33,807 bases of DNA, from sequence record NC_049457.1; one strand, written 5' to 3'. The notes below the pieces were generated by a model. It saw nothing but the letters and a program-made list of their open reading frames with translations, made no database searches and was not told the origin of the DNA. The stretch's first letter is position 1; the number at the start of each line of letters is the position of its first letter. This document shows, one piece after another, positions 26,309-33,807 of this stretch. A program made the position numbers and the translations under genes. The DNA is from Escherichia phage vB_EcoM-12474III.

Positions 26309-27209
26309 CCGAGCCTCCGGTCACGACGCGGTATTCGGTACAGAAAGACGCCTGCGTACTGTTGAGCACGATGTCGGCCAGTGGTGCTGCCAGTTCGACA
26401 CGCTGCACACCTTCCACATGCAAAGCGGCATAAATGGCAGACAGACGGATGTCGCGCCCCAGCCGGTGCTGTGCCGTGATATACGCTTCCAGTTTTTTCA
26501 CGGCGGCAGCGCGGATGGGTTCGCTTTCGGGACCAGGGTAAAGGTAAAGCGTGGCGTTTATCTGGTATTCAACGATGGCGGCAGACTGCACGGTCACGCG
26601 GTCGGCCACCGGCCTGACGTCCTCACCATTAAGGGCGTTACGCACCACGGCCAGCAGGTCTTCGGATGCAACACCGTTATTTTCACGTGACAGCACAGAG
26701 ATGGTGACGCAGGCCGGAGACGGACTGGTGACAGAGATATCCGCGACACGCCCGTCGGCACTGCGACCATGATACTGATAGGCACCCACCGACCCGGCGA
26801 CGCTTAAGCCCTCAAACGCCTGCTGAATACGCAGACGATAATCGGTGTCAGACTCCATCACTGCCGGTGTCGGCGGAATGGTCGAATCATCTGCCGGGGT
26901 GATAGTCAGGCGCGTGGTGTTGTAATTGGCACCAATCACATCAAGGTCATTACCGGCTGCACAGGCCAGCATCACCGCCCGTGCAGCCTCATTCACACGC
27001 TGACGCCAGATAAGCTCACGATAAGCATTTTCCTCCAGCAGTTTGACGAGAGGCTCGGATTCCAGCGTCAGGGTACGGGCGACCGCCTCCTGCTGGTCTT
27101 CCGGGTAAAGGGAAATCAGTGTCGCCTTGCGTTCGGTGAGAATGGTTTCAAAGTCCAGCTCCTCGACCACATCCGGTGCGGGTAGCTGGTTCAGGTCGAT
27201 AATCGGCAT
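26301..27209 (-). CDS. J: Baseplate protein gpJ
   Basis: 302-aa ORF, P2 gpJ length. Confidence 0.88.
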   Translation of the reverse strand: MPIIDLNQLPAPDVVEELDFETILTERKATLISLYPEDQQEAVARTLTLESEPLVKLLEENAYRELIWRQRVNEAARAVMLACAAGNDLDVIGANYNTTRLTITPADDSTIPPTPAVMESDTDYRLRIQQAFEGLSVAGSVGAYQYHGRSADGRVADISVTSPSPACVTISVLSRENNGVASEDLLAVVRNALNGEDVRPVADRVTVQSAAIVEYQINATLYLYPGPESEPIRAAAVKKLEAYITAQHRLGRDIRLSAIYAALHVEGVQRVELAAPLADIVLNSTQASFCTEYRVVTGGSDE

Positions 27210-27213
27210 GGTT

Positions 27214-27561
27214 TCAACTCACAGGGATGGTTAACGAAAGTGGCTGGCCGGTGTCGTTGTGCTGGCCGGTCAACGTGACCGTCATTCGCCCGTCAAAGCT
27301 GCGCGCCGTGGTGACGGATGACAGGGTGACGCGGGGTTCCCATTTCAGCACTGCCATGTAACAGGCGACCTTAATCTGCAACTCAAGCGCCGGGGTCTGC
27401 GGCTGGTCAATCATTGATGCCAGCAACGAGCCGTAATCACGACGCATCACCCGTGAGCCGACCGGCGTGCGCAGGATATCGCCGATACTCTGGCTGATAT
27501 GCTCAAGGTCAGTGACAGTCAGGCCATTACTGCGATTCATTCCGAGATAACGCGCTGTCAT
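27214..27561 (-). CDS. W: Baseplate protein gpW
   Basis: 115-aa ORF, P2 gpW length; ATGA overlap with V. Confidence 0.88.
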   Translation of the reverse strand: MTARYLGMNRSNGLTVTDLEHISQSIGDILRTPVGSRVMRRDYGSLLASMIDQPQTPALELQIKVACYMAVLKWEPRVTLSSVTTARSFDGRMTVTLTGQHNDTGQPLSLTIPVS

Positions 27562-28193
27562 AAAGGACTCCCGGTTGTGCCGCCGCTGTCGCCGGGGTGT
27601 TTGTGGGTATGCAGTACCTTACCGTTTGATGAGAGTTCACCGCCGGTGTGTTCAATGTTGCCGCGCATCGTCCCGCCCTTCTGTACTTCCAGCGTGCCGG
27701 TAATCAGCCTGTTGGTGCAGACCACCTCCGGTGTGTCCAGGGTGACGCGGGTTGATGCTTTCACCATGACCACCGGCACCGTGGCAGTAACAGAATCAGA
27801 AGCCGTCACGCTGGCCGTTTTAATTCCGCTTGCCGTGAGTGCACTGGTTTCGGGTTCATATTCAATCACCGCCCCGTCAGGGAAACGGATATGCAGGGCA
27901 TCCGCCGACGCAGACGGCGCGGGGTTATCGCCGGAATAAATCCCCGGCAGAACGAACGCCGTGTCGAGTTCACCGCCCACGGCCAGAATCAGCACCTGCT
28001 CCCCCACGGAAGGTGCCCACCATGTGCGCGAACGACCGGCACGATGGGTCAGCCACTGAAGCCAGTCAGTGCACATGCCGCCGGTCTGCACACGGCAGCG
28101 ACCGGCGTTAAGGTCGGTTTCGACGATAATGCCGGTGCGAATCATGTTGCGCAGTGCGCGCGCGAGTTCCTGAATATTTGCGAGAGTGTTCAT
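27558..28193 (-). CDS. V: Baseplate spike protein gpV
   Basis: MNTLANIQELARALRNMIRTGIIVETDLNAGRCRVQTGG... from the ATG at 28193; 211 aa, as in P2 gpV. Confidence 0.9.
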   Translation of the reverse strand: MNTLANIQELARALRNMIRTGIIVETDLNAGRCRVQTGGMCTDWLQWLTHRAGRSRTWWAPSVGEQVLILAVGGELDTAFVLPGIYSGDNPAPSASADALHIRFPDGAVIEYEPETSALTASGIKTASVTASDSVTATVPVVMVKASTRVTLDTPEVVCTNRLITGTLEVQKGGTMRGNIEHTGGELSSNGKVLHTHKHPGDSGGTTGSPL

Positions 28194-28276
28194 GCATGTG
28201 AGATTGCACAATATATAAAAGTTATGCTATCTGGATTCATTTGTAGAACTACCAGACAACATTCAAGGAGAGCGTA

Positions 28277-29062
28277 ATGGTCAGCTATAATGTGACTAAT
28301 GTGTGGGGGCTAATCGTTTTTTTCCTTTGTAGCTTTGCAGTATTAGCATTTTTTAGCTTTGGTAAAAGTAACCTTATGAGGCTTATTGCACATTATTTCA
28401 ATTTTGGATATTCAGACAAAAAATTAAAAAGACTTGACCGCGAGTGGCGCGACATTCAACTATTTAAAATAATTAACGGAATCAATGTATCAGGCATTGA
28501 AAATGTGAGAATGATACAGCAGGGACTGATTGATGGAAAACTAAAAACATCGTATTTTTTCCTTACTCGCATCTGGGGTGACATAACAAAACCACCACAC
28601 ATAATTAAAACAATAATTGTAATTCTGGCCAGTATTTTTTACATTCTCCTCGCATGTTATATACACAACAAACAATCCGCTATAGTAAGAGATGCCATAG
28701 GCATACCATATAAAAATATGATGTACTATGTTTATAGTGACAAAGTTCTTTTATCCTTCAACAATAAAACAGTTGAATTCAATAAAACTTATAGCCTTGC
28801 CGATTGCAAGAGGCTACGAAACGTATTTATAAAAGACACACTTCCTGAGATCGCCTGCAATAAGCTCTTACAGCTAAACGAGGAGGACTCCGAATGGTTA
28901 AGTCAGGAGATTAAAGATAATAACAGCCAAAAAAAAGCATTATTAATAATATCCCTCATCTATTTCATTTCAGGTCTGGTTATATTCCTGTCATATACAA
29001 AATTCCTTTACGCCAATAAGAAGGTTGTAGAATACAAAGCATCAAATAAAAATCACTCATAA
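28277..29062 (+). CDS. Predicted membrane protein (261 aa), AT-rich cargo between V and S
   Basis: ATG at 28277 with an AGGAG RBS 6 nt upstream; three hydrophobic helix-like segments (aa about 10-30, 115-135, 225-245); strongly AT-rich; strand opposite to the flanking late genes. Confidence 0.75.
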   Translation: MVSYNVTNVWGLIVFFLCSFAVLAFFSFGKSNLMRLIAHYFNFGYSDKKLKRLDREWRDIQLFKIINGINVSGIENVRMIQQGLIDGKLKTSYFFLTRIWGDITKPPHIIKTIIVILASIFYILLACYIHNKQSAIVRDAIGIPYKNMMYYVYSDKVLLSFNNKTVEFNKTYSLADCKRLRNVFIKDTLPEIACNKLLQLNEEDSEWLSQEIKDNNSQKKALLIISLIYFISGLVIFLSYTKFLYANKKVVEYKASNKNHS

Positions 29063-29068
29063 ACCTCT

Positions 29069-29103
29069 AAACATTGAGCGACCAGCATGGCCGCTCAATG
29101 TTT
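29069..29103. terminator. Perfect 12-bp-stem hairpin between the convergent cargo gene and S (possible bidirectional terminator)
   Basis: aaacattgagcg-(11 nt loop)-cgctcaatgttt; located between the stop of 28277..29062 (+) and the stop of S (-). Confidence 0.5.
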
Positions 29104-29133
29104 AATTGCGCATCAGCCTCTGCCTGGATAAAA

Positions 29134-29586
29134 CTAACGCTCAAGGTGAGCCAGGATAATCTCTTCAATCATCTGCACATCCTCACCGGTAAAGCCGAGC
29201 AGAGGACGCGCCGGATAATCAATTTTCTTACCGTTTTTCCGGGTTTCTTCCGACAGACCGAACTGATGCACACTGGCGATTTTCGGCGACTTCCCGCCGT
29301 AAAATTCCATTGATGCCTGTTCCGGGCTGGCGCGGATATGCAAAAAACGACTGGTGATAAGTTTCGCAAACATTTTTCGCTTAACACGACCGGTCTTTTT
29401 TCTGGCGCTCTGCTGCTGGCGTGGCGCGTAGGGTGTGCCGTCCGGGGCTTTCTGTGCCATCACCCGACGCTGCTGACTCTGACGCAGACGTTTCGCCAGT
29501 TCGGCGCTCAGTCGCCGACGCCCTGACGGTGACAGCGATTCAATAAGTCCCGCCAGCCGGTCTTCAAAACGCTTAAACTCATTCAT
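29134..29586 (-). CDS. S: Tail completion protein gpS
   Basis: 150-aa ORF, P2 gpS length and position. Confidence 0.88.
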   Translation of the reverse strand: MNEFKRFEDRLAGLIESLSPSGRRRLSAELAKRLRQSQQRRVMAQKAPDGTPYAPRQQQSARKKTGRVKRKMFAKLITSRFLHIRASPEQASMEFYGGKSPKIASVHQFGLSEETRKNGKKIDYPARPLLGFTGEDVQMIEEIILAHLER

Positions 29587-30046
29587 CCCACTTGCTCACC
29601 AGTTCGCCATTGATATAAAGCTCCATCGGGCGGGTGGCCGGCTCCGGCGGCGTGGGTTCCGGGATATTCTTCACATGCAGCGCGCCGTCCACCTCACTGA
29701 CCAGCGTGCGCTCGGTCAGCATCAGGCTGATGCTGATATCAAAGCTGCTGTCATTGTTGATGTCTGCATAAAACGTGAAGCCCTTTTTCTGACCTTCGTC
29801 AGTGGTCATGATGTCGGGCTGATTTTCCCGCAGCCACGCCAGCACCGGCACGATGAGCAGGTCAAAATCACCGGTAAAGTCGGTCACAATGACATTGAGC
29901 GTGTAACGCTTTTCGAATGACAGCGACGTCGCCAGTGTGGAGGCAATACTCCCGTTATCCACGAATATCCGCAGCATATCGGGGTTAGTTTTCAGCACCG
30001 TGACGGCATCAGTCAGCGCCCTGCGCAGGCTGTCGGGTTTGAGCAT
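29579..30046 (-). CDS. R: Tail completion protein gpR
   Basis: 155-aa ORF, P2 gpR length and position. Confidence 0.88.
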   Translation of the reverse strand: MLKPDSLRRALTDAVTVLKTNPDMLRIFVDNGSIASTLATSLSFEKRYTLNVIVTDFTGDFDLLIVPVLAWLRENQPDIMTTDEGQKKGFTFYADINNDSSFDISISLMLTERTLVSEVDGALHVKNIPEPTPPEPATRPMELYINGELVSKWDE

Positions 30047-30299
30047 CGTTTTCGTCCTGACAGTGTTTAATCATTTTTACCTGGCTGGCACAGCGCGCCA
30101 GCGCGTTCTCAAGCTGCCGGATATCGGCACTTAAATCACCGTTCGTCTGCGGGTCGCTGCCCGGCATCGGGCAAAGACTCACTTTCGGGCAGGCGTTGTG
30201 GACAATCACTGGCATCGGTGCAGGCGGGGCGCTGGTGCAACCGGCGCACAGCATCAGGCAGGTCAGCGCCGTACCAGCGGCGAAAATCTTCGTTTTCAT
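30009..30299 (-). CDS. lysC: LysC, outer-membrane lipoprotein spanin (Rz1-like), embedded out of frame in lysB and overlapping R
   Basis: 96-aa ORF with signal peptide and lipobox (LMLCAGC); Pro-rich mature region; overlaps the 3' end of lysB in another frame. Confidence 0.75.
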   Translation of the reverse strand: MKTKIFAAGTALTCLMLCAGCTSAPPAPMPVIVHNACPKVSLCPMPGSDPQTNGDLSADIRQLENALARCASQVKMIKHCQDENDAQTRQPAQGAD

Positions 30300-30579
30300 T
30301 CAGTAACCTCGTGATGGTTTTCTCGCGCTGTGCTTCACGTTTCGCGGCGTTCTCCAGCTCCTGACGCAGTGCCACCTGCGCCAGCTCGTTTTTGTCTGCC
30401 CTGGTAAGGGCAACATGAAGCTGGTTTTTCAGCATGGTGATGGTCGTCTGCTGTTCACTGGCGACGTTGTTCGCCCTGTCCAGCGAGGCGCGCAGGCTGG
30501 CGTTTTCATGCTTCGCCAGAAACAGCCCCGCCACCGCCAGCGATAACAACACGACCAGCACAATCATCAGCTTTGACAT
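30136..30579 (-). CDS. lysB: LysB, inner-membrane spanin (Rz-like)
   Basis: N-terminal transmembrane segment MSKLMIVLVVLLSLAVAGLFLA followed by a coiled-coil-like region; conserved position. Confidence 0.85.
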   Translation of the reverse strand: MSKLMIVLVVLLSLAVAGLFLAKHENASLRASLDRANNVASEQQTTITMLKNQLHVALTRADKNELAQVALRQELENAAKREAQREKTITRLLNENEDFRRWYGADLPDAVRRLHQRPACTDASDCPQRLPESESLPDAGQRPADER

Positions 30580-30992
30580 GGTTCCCGCCCCTCAAAACGC
30601 TGACGGCAGGCTTTACGTATCAGCCGGAAGAACACCGACGCCACAAGATAAATCAGCGCGGTAAAAATCCACCCGGCAGCGACCAGCGCGATAAACGTCG
30701 CCACCATCACCACCAGAGCCGCCGCCCGTCTGCGCCACCGCACCGGCTGCAAAAACAGCGACGTGACAATCTTCACGGCCAGCGATTCCGGCGGCAGCTC
30801 CCGCCCGTAGCGTTCCAGCACATACTCAGTGGCATACACGCCGACACCACCGGCAACCACACAGATAACCGTCGCCAGAATCGCCCAGGTGGCGACAAAA
30901 CTGACGGCCACGCTCTGCGGGTAAATCAGGGACAGTGCCAGCATCAGCGCCAGCGACACGTTCAGCATCAGTGAAAGGGATAATTTCTTCAT
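30567..30992 (-). CDS. lysA: LysA (membrane protein, lysis timing)
   Basis: 141-aa multi-hydrophobic-segment ORF between K and lysB, as in P2. Confidence 0.85.
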   Translation of the reverse strand: MKKLSLSLMLNVSLALMLALSLIYPQSVAVSFVATWAILATVICVVAGGVGVYATEYVLERYGRELPPESLAVKIVTSLFLQPVRWRRRAAALVVMVATFIALVAAGWIFTALIYLVASVFFRLIRKACRQRFEGREPCQS

Positions 30993-31006
30993 GGTGTTTA
31001 CTCCGT

Positions 31007-31504
31007 TTAAGCCGGTACGCCGCCAGCGGTACGCCAGACGGTGACCAGTTTTTCCAGTGAATGCTCACGCTGACCGTAACCGGCACCCGGCAGGGACGCC
31101 CAGATATTGCGACAGCGTGAAATGGCGCGCTCAATGCGTCCCGCCCGGATGTCATCCAGCGCACCGCGTTCGCGGATCAACTGAATGGCAAGTCTGTCCT
31201 GTGACAACGGACTGAAATCCGGCAGGGCAAGCTGTTTGCGGTAATGCGGCCAGAACAGGTAAAGCTGCTGATAGCGACCGGAGGCCGTGGATTTTTCACC
31301 GCGACGGTTAAACACCTTCGCCGGTCGGCCATGTGCGAACGGGTGGTCACTGTAGTCGGTGAAAATTTCCGGCTTCCCGTCCAGTCCGGTGACTATCACG
31401 TCATAGCCCCGGTTTTTCGTCAGCGGATGGTTTGCCGTCCCTTCGGACACGGCCAGCATGTCGAGAAAGGCGGCGATATTCTGATGCGTGTTAATAACCG
31501 GCAT
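31007..31504 (-). CDS. K: Endolysin gpK
   Basis: 165-aa ORF MPVINTHQNIAAFLDMLAVSEGTANHPLTKNRGYDV..., matching P2 gpK. Confidence 0.9.
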   Translation of the reverse strand: MPVINTHQNIAAFLDMLAVSEGTANHPLTKNRGYDVIVTGLDGKPEIFTDYSDHPFAHGRPAKVFNRRGEKSTASGRYQQLYLFWPHYRKQLALPDFSPLSQDRLAIQLIRERGALDDIRAGRIERAISRCRNIWASLPGAGYGQREHSLEKLVTVWRTAGGVPA

Positions 31505-31785
31505 TACGGTTTCCCCCTGCCCTTAAAGCGGCGCTGAATGGCAATCTCAATCACCTGATAACCGGCGATACCCAGCATGGAGCCGATACCGCACACCGCA
31601 GGCAGTGACAGGTCAGGAAACTGCACCAGAACAACACCGGCAACCATCGAGACAAAACCACCGAGCAACATGCGCCCGATAAACAGACGCGGGGTGATGG
31701 GTTCACCACCGGCAAGCACCTTGCCGACAACAATCAGCACCCCAATCATGAAAAGCGACAGGACGCTTTTTTCTTCTGCTGTCAT
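31504..31785 (-). CDS. Y: Holin gpY
   Basis: 93-aa ORF with hydrophobic segments and a charged C-terminus; P2 gpY length. Confidence 0.88.
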   Translation of the reverse strand: MTAEEKSVLSLFMIGVLIVVGKVLAGGEPITPRLFIGRMLLGGFVSMVAGVVLVQFPDLSLPAVCGIGSMLGIAGYQVIEIAIQRRFKGRGKP

Positions 31786-31788
31786 GCG

Positions 31789-31992
31789 TTACTCCCACAG
31801 ATTGACAGTTTCAGCCACGGGCGCGGTCTGAACGTCGGGCAGTTCGACGGCGGTGCCGTGTGGCAGCACCGCACCCAGTTCAGCCAGTCCCGGATTTGCG
31901 GCGAGCACGGTCTCAACCACGCCCTCAGTGCGCCCGTAATACCGGACACAAATGGCGTCGAGCGTGTCGCCCTGTAGCGCAAAGGTCTTCAT
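31789..31992 (-). CDS. X: Tail protein gpX
   Basis: MKTFALQGDTLDAICVRYYGRTEGVVETVLAANPGLAELG... (67 aa); the ATG at 31992 overlaps the L stop (ATGA). Confidence 0.85.
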   Translation of the reverse strand: MKTFALQGDTLDAICVRYYGRTEGVVETVLAANPGLAELGAVLPHGTAVELPDVQTAPVAETVNLWE

Positions 31993-32501
31993 CAGATTTG
32001 ACTCACGATGCAGCGCGGCTTGTCCTGGATACGCGCCACCGCCCAGCGCATATCCCGCCACAGTTCATCAATGGTGCTGTCAATGCTGTCAGCCTTCTTG
32101 TCGCCTTTCGCACTGGCATCCACACCGCGATAACGCTCATAAAGCGACGCGGTCGCCATCGCACACACGGCGCGCTCGTAGTAAAAAACTTTGATACTTT
32201 CACCGTCGATGTCGTCCGCCGGAACGTCCGCCAGACGCGTAAAACCGGCGGCAATTTTCTGTTCGCGGTACTCGTACAGCTCCGCATTTGTTTCCGCCAT
32301 GCCTGACTTGATGGCCTCACGCAGACGGGCGGGGGCGACGGTCTGCTCAAGGCGCATACGTTCCCGGACGCGCTTCGGGTCGATATCGGGAAAAAAGAAC
32401 GTGTTTTTAATCACCGGCTCGTCGCCTGCCGGTTGCGGGATGACCACCGTACCCTCACCGGACACGGGAGCCTCCTTTCGCGGAATAATCAACGTCATCA
32501 T
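31992..32501 (-). CDS. L: Head completion protein gpL
   Basis: MMTLIIPRKEAPVSGEGTVVIPQPAGDEP... 169 aa from the ATG at 32501, matching P2 gpL. Confidence 0.85.
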   Translation of the reverse strand: MMTLIIPRKEAPVSGEGTVVIPQPAGDEPVIKNTFFFPDIDPKRVRERMRLEQTVAPARLREAIKSGMAETNAELYEYREQKIAAGFTRLADVPADDIDGESIKVFYYERAVCAMATASLYERYRGVDASAKGDKKADSIDSTIDELWRDMRWAVARIQDKPRCIVSQI

Positions 32502-32600
32502 GACTACCTCTGAAAAGTCGGGCGGTGGACGCCGGTACAGTGTCAGGTGATTCACCCTCACTGACCGGCGTGCCGCCCTGGCGCGGGGCGCATTCGGTTG

Positions 32601-33344
32601 TTAACTGGCTTTCTTTTTCGGGCGTCCACGTTTTGCCGGTGTCACGCTCCGGATCTTACGCGGGGCGCGGGTGGCCGCTTTTGGCTGCGGCTCCGGCTTC
32701 GGTTTCAGTTCCCGCTCCAGTCGTTCAATCTCTTTTTTGACGCCTGCCTGACAGTCGAGCTGTGTCGCACGTTGCAGGTGCGCCAGCGCACCGGCGGCAT
32801 CACCACCGTCACGCAGAAACAGACCGGTGATTTTGTGCAGCTTTGCGCGCACTTCATCAGGCATGTCAGCCGTGGCGGTCAGTTCAAGGGTCTCCGTCAG
32901 CAGGCGGATATCCACAGATTCACCGGCAGCGTGAGCGCGCATGGCCGCGAGTGCGACCTCCTCGGTGAACATGTACGGCGGGGTGCGGCGGTGTTTACCC
33001 GGCATGGTCAGACCGTACTTCAGGGCATAACGGGCAATCTCCAGCGCACCGGCAATATCGCCGGTATCCAGACGCCACAGCATGACCGTCATCAGAATGT
33101 CATCCTGTGCACCTTTGCCCTGCTCCAGCACGCCGTTCACCCACGGCAACCAGAACGGCAGCAGTTCGCGTTTTTTCGCGGCCTTCAGCTCTTTTGAATA
33201 AATCGCTTTCAGTGTGCGCTGGTCTGCGGCGAGCTTAACCAGCATCTGCTCATAGACAGTTGCATGTCGCAGCGGGGCGGCTTCCCGCTGCGCGGTCATC
33301 GCTGCCGAGACCCGCATCATGTGGCGCTGTGCGGGACTCGTCAT
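32601..33344 (-). CDS. M: Terminase endonuclease (small) subunit gpM
   Basis: 247-aa ORF MTSPAQRHMMRVSAAMTAQREAAPLRHATVYEQ..., matching P2 gpM. Confidence 0.9.
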   Translation of the reverse strand: MTSPAQRHMMRVSAAMTAQREAAPLRHATVYEQMLVKLAADQRTLKAIYSKELKAAKKRELLPFWLPWVNGVLEQGKGAQDDILMTVMLWRLDTGDIAGALEIARYALKYGLTMPGKHRRTPPYMFTEEVALAAMRAHAAGESVDIRLLTETLELTATADMPDEVRAKLHKITGLFLRDGGDAAGALAHLQRATQLDCQAGVKKEIERLERELKPKPEPQPKAATRAPRKIRSVTPAKRGRPKKKAS

Positions 33345-33347
33345 CGG

Positions 33348-33807
33348 TTACGCTCCCGGCTCTGCGGTCGCCTTAGCCGGTGTGGAGAAATCACCGACCT
33401 TAATTTTTTCCACCAGGCAACCGGCGGCGTAGTCTTCCACCACGTAATCAATGTTCATTGACTCGTAGTTCTCCACGCGGTCGAGTTTCGGGTTTTCCTC
33501 AATCACGCGGCGATGGCTGTCATCCATGTAGTAGATGGACAGGTTTTCCAGCTTCGTGATGAGCATCGCATCCGCCGGGAAGTACGGGACGCGTACCGCT
33601 GGCAGGTTGCCGATGCGTTTCTGGCTGATGATGACGTCAGCGGCCAGCATTTCGCTGTTGTCCTGCTCCTTGTTAACGATGGGGAAATACTTGTCCGCCA
33701 GTAGCTGACGCCCCACAATCACCACAAGGTCAGGGTCTTCCTGATACCACGGCTCAATCAGGTTGTTGGTCGCATCCATCACCAGTGCGTCAAGGCTGGC
33801 ATAATCA
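33348..33807 (-). CDS. N: Major capsid protein gpN, C-terminal part (5' end runs off the window end; continuous with 1..741 on the circular map)
   Basis: ...MDATNNLIEPWYQEDPDLVVIVGRQLLADKYFPIVNKEQDNSEMLAADVII... reads continuously from the 1..741 segment through the 127-bp redundancy. Confidence 0.9.
   Translation of the reverse strand, partial: DYASLDALVMDATNNLIEPWYQEDPDLVVIVGRQLLADKYFPIVNKEQDNSEMLAADVIISQKRIGNLPAVRVPYFPADAMLITKLENLSIYYMDDSHRRVIEENPKLDRVENYESMNIDYVVEDYAAGCLVEKIKVGDFSTPAKATAEPGA

Larger units (their letters stand above)
1..33807. mobile_element. Complete P2-like temperate phage genome, circularly permuted; unit length 33,680 bp
   Basis: Full P2-type synteny with protein lengths matching P2 (Q 344, P 590, O 284, N 357, M 247, T 815 aa and others); cos, attP, int, C and cox all present; 127-bp exact terminal redundancy; no host flanking genes. 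Confidence 0.9.

Overview
The window is a complete, circularly permuted genome of a P2-like temperate myophage (Peduovirus-type). Positions 33681-33807 repeat positions 1-127 exactly, so the unit length is 33,680 bp, and the major capsid gene N is split across the window edge. The orientation is inverted relative to the canonical P2 map. Gene order is: N(5' part)-O on the minus strand, P-Q on the plus strand, terminator, cos, AT-rich cargo island 1, two small genes, A, orf83/82/81/80-like, B, orf78-like, cox, then C and int on the plus strand, attP, then ogr-D-U-T-E/E'-FII-FI on the minus strand, cargo island 2, G-H-I-J-W-V, cargo island 3, S-R-lysC/B/A-K-Y-X-L-M-N(3' part). Core gene calls rest on my recollection of P2 protein sequences and lengths, not on a database search. 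attP is uninterrupted between int and ogr and there is no host flank, so this is the phage or circularised form, not an integrated prophage. The parts most worth follow-up are three AT-rich cargo insertions in an otherwise GC-rich, tightly packed backbone: (1) next to cos, a two-gene operon (ParB-fold protein plus a protein with a PD-(D/E)xK-like motif) lying tail-to-tail with a C5-cytosine methyltransferase; (2) a 360-aa protein of unknown function between FI and G; (3) a 261-aa predicted membrane protein between V and S. None of the cargo proteins could be assigned to a known family from sequence alone; they are candidate anti-phage or exclusion modules. No tRNA, rRNA or CRISPR array was seen.
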